Assembly: GCF_006345805.1 (NCBI RefSeq)
Contig: NC_043021.1
Span: 4,960,001 to 5,024,000, forward strand
Source of the DNA: Octopus sinensis
Lineage: Eukaryota
Reading direction: 5' to 3'
DNA length: 64,000 nucleotides
Below the pieces are notes generated by a model. It did no database searches, was not told the DNA's origin, and saw nothing but the letters and a program-made list of their open reading frames with translations. Shown here piece by piece: positions 63,865-64,000 of the stretch (within the stretch, counting starts at the first letter, position 1; every line of letters begins with the position of its first letter). The position numbers were made by a program, and so were the translations under genes.

Positions 63865-64000
63865 ATGCTTATGTGGGGTCACTCCGAAAAGCTCTATCTG
63901 CGACGATTTCATCTCAATCGAAGGAGAGGGGGCTTTCTCCGTCCGGGTTGCGGATCCGTGGAATAAGCTGCCGGACGAGATAGTGAAGATGCCGACAACC
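63865..64000 (+). mobile_element. CR1 LINE 3' fragment running off the window
   Basis: GHSEKLYLRRFHLNRRRGAFSVRVADPWNKLPDEIVKMPTT. Confidence 0.85.

Overview
AT-rich, repeat-saturated animal genomic DNA with no intact protein-coding gene that I can support. The SINE, LINE and microsatellite landscape is consistent with an octopus/coleoid genome (inference from repeat style, not verified). Contents: (i) at least four tRNA-derived or related SINE families in dozens of copies, two of which form head-to-tail arrays; (ii) decayed RTE and CR1 LINE fragments; (iii) a mariner remnant, hAT, piggyBac-like and GG-ended 8-bp-TSD (Merlin-like) MITEs, a non-autonomous Helitron-like element and a Helitron Rep remnant; (iv) large micro- and minisatellites that generate the longest ORFs in the track; (v) a TE-poor, CpG-containing interval at about 24.4-28.9 kb that may be regulatory. 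The most interesting signals are: a perfect 85-bp palindrome whose arms each encode a complete minimal type I hammerhead ribozyme fold with a CCGACGA core (5679-5855); SINE multimers joined at one identical, self-complementary junction at four separate loci, suggesting template jumping or rolling-circle-like reverse transcription; an RTE with twin-priming-type 5' inversion geometry; and satellites built from Pol III SINE heads. Family labels A, B, C and E are my own working names. Repeat boundaries are approximate unless a TSD or TIR is quoted.
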